Below, piece after piece: positions 60,023-64,000 of a DNA stretch of 64,000 nucleotides (positions within the stretch are counted from its first letter, which is position 1; each line of letters opens with the position of its first letter). The DNA comes from an uncultured virus (IMG/VR IMGVR_UViG_3300002026_000101). Its lineage: Duplodnaviria; Heunggongvirae; Uroviricota; Caudoviricetes. Under the pieces are notes generated by a model. The model was given only the letters and a program-made list of their open reading frames with translations, ran no database searches and was not told the origin of the DNA. The translations under genes were made by a program, and so were the position numbers. The DNA lies in the IMG/VR virus record IMGVR_UViG_3300002026_000101. One strand, written 5' to 3'.

Positions 60023-60358
60023 CGGCAAAAAGTCCTTTTCAAAGACGATCCCGATCCGGGAGGCGGATACATACGGGGAGTTCAGGATGTACGATGTCTC
60101 CCGCACTACGAGGTGTGGAAAGAGGCGGTGCGCAAGTATCCCGAGTGGCGGGGTAAGGAGTATGAGGATGTTCCACGGGGGCGGGTCGTGCTGCGCGTCA
60201 AACCAAGCGACAACAAGTTCATCGTGTACATGCCGAGGGAGCTTAGGAGGCATGAGCCGAGGGTTCTGGCGATGCTGCGAATACCGTCTGCGTTTGCTGG
60301 GTTTGACTATTCCGACCTGCACTACAAGTATTCGTCGGCAAAGGGGATCGGTGATTAG
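59997..60358 (+). pseudogene. frameshifted hypothetical protein
   Basis: VGIFWMSFDG...EADTYGEF and HYEVW...EYEDVPRGRVV lie in different frames, junction near 60100. Confidence 0.45.
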
Positions 60359-60372
60359 GGTTGGTGTTTGTT

Positions 60373-60430
60373 GTAGAAAAGCTGGCGTTGTTGGTGATAG
60401 GGGAGTGTAGGCAATGGGGCCTGCAAAGAA
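60373..60430 (+). repeat. 58-bp promoter/hairpin cassette, copy 2
   Basis: Identical to 57905-57962. Confidence 0.95.
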
Positions 60431-60445
60431 GCAGAGGAGGCGGTT

Positions 60446-60937
60446 ATGATGGTGGACAAACCAGTTAGTCAGATTTCGGCGGATGCCTCGATTGAGGTCA
60501 AGTCGGCGTTTCGCGAAGAATGGGTGGCATACGCTACCCTGACGGGTATCGCACCCGTCGTGAAGGTTGTCACCTTCACGGATGCGCCAGCAGTCGGGGA
60601 TGTTGTCAAGGCGATTTCCGATAAGGCCAAAGAGATTCTGGGCTCGGTGGGGCACGTTGGTTGCGTCGCCGCTGATTGTTTTCCAGAGATCGGCGATGTG
60701 ACGGTTGATCGCGTGATTCGCAAGACTGGAATCGGGGTGGTGGAGGCGACATACATTGCGGCGGAGCTGAATGCGGTGTACAAGGGGATGATCACCGGAG
60801 TGACGAAGATCGTGGTTGCCAACAATTCGGACTTCCCGAGCGAGTGGGTTTCGGAGGACGTCGTGGAGGCACGGGCAAAGGCGAATCGGTACGTAGGGAA
60901 TGACGGGGCTGGCTACGGAATGAACACTGACGAGTAG
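60446..60937 (+). CDS. hypothetical protein bracketed by two cassette copies
   Basis: GAGGAGG RBS; its stop is the TAG of cassette copy 3. Confidence 0.75.
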   Translation: MMVDKPVSQISADASIEVKSAFREEWVAYATLTGIAPVVKVVTFTDAPAVGDVVKAISDKAKEILGSVGHVGCVAADCFPEIGDVTVDRVIRKTGIGVVEATYIAAELNAVYKGMITGVTKIVVANNSDFPSEWVSEDVVEARAKANRYVGNDGAGYGMNTDE

Positions 60938-60991
60938 AAAAGCTGGCGTTGTTGGTGATAGGGGAGTGTAGGCAATGGGGCCTGCAAAGAA
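60934..60991 (+). repeat. 58-bp promoter/hairpin cassette, copy 3
   Basis: Identical core; matches copy 1 through the ATG with one mismatch. Confidence 0.95.
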
Positions 60992-61004
60992 ACGGGAGGT
61001 TCGG

Positions 61005-61367
61005 ATGAGGAAGGCGATATGGTTTTCGAGGCACGCGGTGACGGAGGCGCAGGTGGCAGACGCAGCCAGCATGGGTTGGGAGTTCGTCGGGGGAGAGGAT
61101 GGGATTTGGCTTGGCGGATTTAACATCAACTCGATTGGCGATTTGACGTATGTGTTTGAGGCATTGAAGGGGCTTGTTCGCAAACACGGGGCCGAGGGGG
61201 TGTTCGGGGTGTTTGCGGTACCGATGCAGGGGCTGATCTGTACGGCCCCGACGCTTGGCAAGGTTCCCTGCTTCGGGGCGTGGAACGTGATGCGATCAGT
61301 GGAGGGTGGGAAACCGACCTTTGAACACAAGCTGTTTGTCGAGGTTGGATGGCTTGCCGTGGCATAG
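61005..61367 (+). CDS. hypothetical protein
   Basis: ATG after cassette RBS. Confidence 0.7.
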   Translation: MRKAIWFSRHAVTEAQVADAASMGWEFVGGEDGIWLGGFNINSIGDLTYVFEALKGLVRKHGAEGVFGVFAVPMQGLICTAPTLGKVPCFGAWNVMRSVEGGKPTFEHKLFVEVGWLAVA

Positions 61368-61397
61368 GATGGATGTTATTTTGTTGGGAACGAGTAA

Positions 61398-61475
61398 GGC
61401 GGGATGAGGCTAATGGGATGCAGGGTACAGCGAAACCTAGTACTGATGTGGGTTCGACTCCCCCTCCCTCCTCCA
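61398..61475 (+). pseudogene. degenerate tRNA-like sequence ending in CCA
   Basis: GGCGGGA/TCCCTCC acceptor (one mismatch), GGTTCGACTCC T-loop, 3' CCA; anticodon arm unclear. Confidence 0.5.
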
Positions 61476-61481
61476 GTTTTT

Positions 61482-61495
61482 TGATCTTTGAAAAC
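61482..61495 (+). promoter_or_regulatory. boxA-like antitermination signal
   Basis: TGATCTTTGAAAAC resembles rRNA-operon boxA and lies immediately before the rRNA-like RNA. Confidence 0.45.
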
Positions 61496-61505
61496 ATATA
61501 AAATA

Positions 61506-61784
61506 CAGGATGTGGGCTTTGAAGCAGCCATCATATAATGAGTGGGATCCCTCGCCCTTGTGACATTGTAGCTACTGAACAGTCTTTTATAGTAGGTATC
61601 GAAAGATTATACAGCCTCTATCGGTTCGGTAAAGAAAATGCGAATATGCTGTAAAGTCGAATTGCTGGGGCCAGACTGGCGTTGACTCCGTAAGAACCTT
61701 GGAATTGACCGAGGCAGGAGATTGATCATCCAGCTAGTTGGGTTTCAAAACTGTCCCTTTGGCGTAATAGCACACTTTATCCTG
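61506..61784 (+). ncRNA. 23S rRNA L11-binding-domain (H43/H44) mimic with ~218-nt structured insertion
   Basis: CAGGATGTGGGCTTTGAAGCAGCCATCATATAATGAGTG at 61506-61544 and GCGTAATAGCACACT at 61762-61776. Confidence 0.8.
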
Positions 61785-61793
61785 ATGTTTTCA

Positions 61794-61879
61794 GCGCGTA
61801 GTACCTAGCGGTAGGGATATGGGTTAGGGTTGATCACCTAGCTTGTAGGATGGCAGATTCAGAATCCCCTACTACGTGT
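61794..61879 (+). ncRNA. cloverleaf-like structured RNA candidate
   Basis: GCGCGTAGTA/TACTACGTGT closing stem, CCTA/TAGG and GGGTTAGG/CCTAGCTT hairpins, then T-run. Confidence 0.4.
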
Positions 61880-62006
61880 CTTTTCTTTTTGTTGTATAAC
61901 CTTGATTGTTGTTGCTAAAGTAAAGCAAGTGGTTCGGCGTTCGCGCTGGGCTGCTTGCTTTTTCTTTTTGATAAACCTCTCCTTTTTGTTTGGAGGTGTG
62001 AAGAAC

Positions 62007-62408
62007 GTGTCTCGGGATAGGATAATCAGGCGGATAGACCAGTTTGTCGTGGGGGACAGGGTTGAGCTCCTTGCGGGTCAGGGCGGGGAGTACGAGGTGT
62101 CGGGGCTTGACGCGGTCAAGGGCGTTGTCAGGTTGGCCGACACCAAGGGGGATGTTCGTACTTGGTTCAGGGAACACTGGCGGGGGAAGTTCAGGCGGAT
62201 AGTGGCCTACGCGGATGAGGGGGTATTGCCGAGCGGGAGATGGTGGATCGGGTTTTCCGATGATCGGCAGCGGTGGCAGGTCTGCGACGTCTTCTCCGAT
62301 GATCGGGTCGTGGCGGAGTGCGGGGAGCAGTCGGATGCGGAGCTTGTCGTGCGGGGGCTGGGGGAGCTTGGGGATCTGTTTCCCGTCTGCGGGAGGCACG
62401 GGGAGTGA
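62007..62408 (+). CDS. hypothetical protein
   Basis: GTG start (MSRDRII...) near a GGAGGT RBS; start uncertain. Confidence 0.55.
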   Translation: MSRDRIIRRIDQFVVGDRVELLAGQGGEYEVSGLDAVKGVVRLADTKGDVRTWFREHWRGKFRRIVAYADEGVLPSGRWWIGFSDDRQRWQVCDVFSDDRVVAECGEQSDAELVVRGLGELGDLFPVCGRHGE

Positions 62409-62462
62409 TTGTTTTTATGATATTCCTGTCCATTGTAGGGGTGTCTTTATAAGGAATAAGAG

Positions 62463-62732
62463 ATGAAGGGTGTACGAAAGACAAAAAGCAAAGTGGTTCC
62501 TGTGGCTGATCCGTCTGTCGGGATTGCTGTTCCTGTGGTGCGGGGGGCGGAGATGTCGGAGCTTTTGCCTAGCGTCAGCGCGACTGGGGACGTGCCTCGA
62601 ACGCCTTCCCCCATTCCGTCGACTGGGTCATCTACGGGTACACAAGGTAGCTGGTCATGGGACGGGACTTATATGTACTGGTGTGTACAGACTGACAAGT
62701 GGGTTCGGTGGTTGCCGATTCGTGTGTTCTGA
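62463..62732 (+). CDS. small protein with fibre-type C-terminal module
   Basis: PSTGSSTGTQGSWSWDGTYMYWCVQTDKWVR; follows motif B at 62418. Confidence 0.7.
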   Translation: MKGVRKTKSKVVPVADPSVGIAVPVVRGAEMSELLPSVSATGDVPRTPSPIPSTGSSTGTQGSWSWDGTYMYWCVQTDKWVRWLPIRVF

Positions 62733-62746
62733 TTTGGGGGTGTAGT

Positions 62747-64000
62747 ATGCTTGGTCGTATTCTTTGCAAGGCTGTGGTTGGTGTTCTTTTTATTTCCGTG
62801 TCGGCGTTTGCACGCATTGGCGGTCTGACTGATGTGGATACGGGGATGGAGGTCTGGGACGCGGATCAGCGGTATCTAAGACCGGGTTTCGAGGGTGACG
62901 TGAACATCACGGGGACGGTGTCCGTTGTCGGGGATGTTCGTGTGAATGGGGCCAGTGTGACAAACACGATGGGCAACGCCTTGCTGCGGACGGGCGGGGA
63001 GATGTCTGGGGTGCTGGTTGCGGGTCGGGTTCACTACCTGCCAGTGGGTACGGACATCGGGGCGTACATCGCAAGCACGAACGTGGTTGCGGGTGACGTT
63101 GTCAAGCTGGGGGCAGGGGAGTGGGCGATGGGGGCGACGCAGTTGGTGATTGGGAAAGCCATTACGTTGTCTGGGCAGGGTGCTGGGTCGACTGTGCTTT
63201 CGTGGAATGGGCCTGTTGGCAGCTTTGCAGGGGCGGTGTTGGTGAGTGCTGCGGGTGTCGTCTTGGAGGGGCTAACGCTGAACTGGGACGGGATTCTTGC
63301 ATACAACGAGACGGTGGTTCGTGTGGACGCGGGAGTGTCGGCGAGGATCGACAGGGTGACGATCTTAGGGGAGAGCGGGAGCGGGTCGATTCGTGGCATT
63401 ACGGCCTATGGGCCAAGTGGGAAGGTAGAGTTAAACGATAGCATTGTGGATGTCAATATGGGGGCGCAAGTCGGATCGGAGCGTGGTTCGGGGCTTCTTT
63501 TGCTAAGCACAAGCACGGGTGTTGTCCGCCGAAGCTCAATCCGAATCGGGACGGCTTCCTTGATGCAAGCCTGTGGGGTTGAGGGGCAAGGCTCTGGTTC
63601 TCTTTCCCTAGCCGATAGTCGTGTCGTGGCGTCTGGGGCGGGGTCATCTTATGGGGTGTTCCTGTTTACAAGCTGCACAATAGACGGTGGTTATGTTTCG
63701 GGAGGAACCTATGACTTGTTAACATTTGGCACTGGGCCGTATGTCTATCCCGTATTGTCACCTTTAACGCTTGGTAATGGATCGGTATCTACGAACATCG
63801 TTCTGGATTACACCGTCCCGTCTGGTTCTGACGGGCAGTTGATCGCTGGGGCGGCTAGGTTTGCTGGGAACGTCGTTGCGACCAACGGCACCATAAAGGC
63901 TCGTTTCATCGAGGGGGGGGCGCAAACAACCCCGTCTGGGACTGTTGGGTTGACAATGACCGCTGGGGTCGATGCTGACAATTTCACGGCTGCTGGGCTG
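62747..64000 (+). CDS. beta-helix tailspike/adhesin-like protein (runs off window end)
   Basis: Frame from ATG 62747, read at both ends without a stop: hydrophobic N-terminus, GDVVKLGAGEW...KAITLSGQGAGSTV beta-helix cap. Confidence 0.65.
   Translation, partial: MLGRILCKAVVGVLFISVSAFARIGGLTDVDTGMEVWDADQRYLRPGFEGDVNITGTVSVVGDVRVNGASVTNTMGNALLRTGGEMSGVLVAGRVHYLPVGTDIGAYIASTNVVAGDVVKLGAGEWAMGATQLVIGKAITLSGQGAGSTVLSWNGPVGSFAGAVLVSAAGVVLEGLTLNWDGILAYNETVVRVDAGVSARIDRVTILGESGSGSIRGITAYGPSGKVELNDSIVDVNMGAQVGSERGSGLLLLSTSTGVVRRSSIRIGTASLMQACGVEGQGSGSLSLADSRVVASGAGSSYGVFLFTSCTIDGGYVSGGTYDLLTFGTGPYVYPVLSPLTLGNGSVSTNIVLDYTVPSGSDGQLIAGAARFAGNVVATNGTIKARFIEGGAQTTPSGTVGLTMTAGVDADNFTAAGL

Noticed and set aside
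57905..60991. CRISPR array
   Set aside because: Repeats are 58 bp and separated by whole genes (0.5-2.4 kb); no cas genes are present.
61506..61776. A true 23S rRNA gene or host contamination
   Set aside because: Only ~54 nt of one domain match, split by a structured insert, and no flanking rRNA helices are recognisable.

Overview
This 64 kb window reads as part of a large dsDNA bacteriophage genome. Nearly all genes lie on the + strand, which is strongly G/T-rich. There are many short hypothetical ORFs and no host housekeeping operons, and no terminase, capsid or polymerase gene is recognisable here. Genes recognised from motifs: RuvC, an MmcB-like nuclease, several DNA methyltransferases (C5, N4/N6, Dam-like, and one split by a PLP-enzyme domain), three ParB-like proteins, patatin, an IscS/NifS cysteine desulfurase, NYN and DUF559 nucleases, S8 and trypsin-like proteases, RecQ with a class 3 intein, an RNA ligase with an intein, ThyX-like, DUF5131, MazG-like, a sigma-like protein, and fibre/adhesin-like proteins. 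Strongest leads: (1) a ~280-nt non-coding RNA that reproduces the 23S rRNA L11-binding (GTPase-associated) domain with compensatory changes and a large structured insertion; (2) two homing-endonuclease-like elements that insert into a gene and bring a replacement terminus for it (ruvC C-terminus, ParB N-terminus); (3) a methyltransferase::PLP-enzyme fusion beside a cysteine desulfurase, a candidate DNA hypermodification system; (4) a 14-copy promoter/stem-loop cassette that often supplies the upstream gene's stop codon; (5) an iteron-like array at a local strand-skew switch. All family calls come from motif recognition by eye; no database searches were run.
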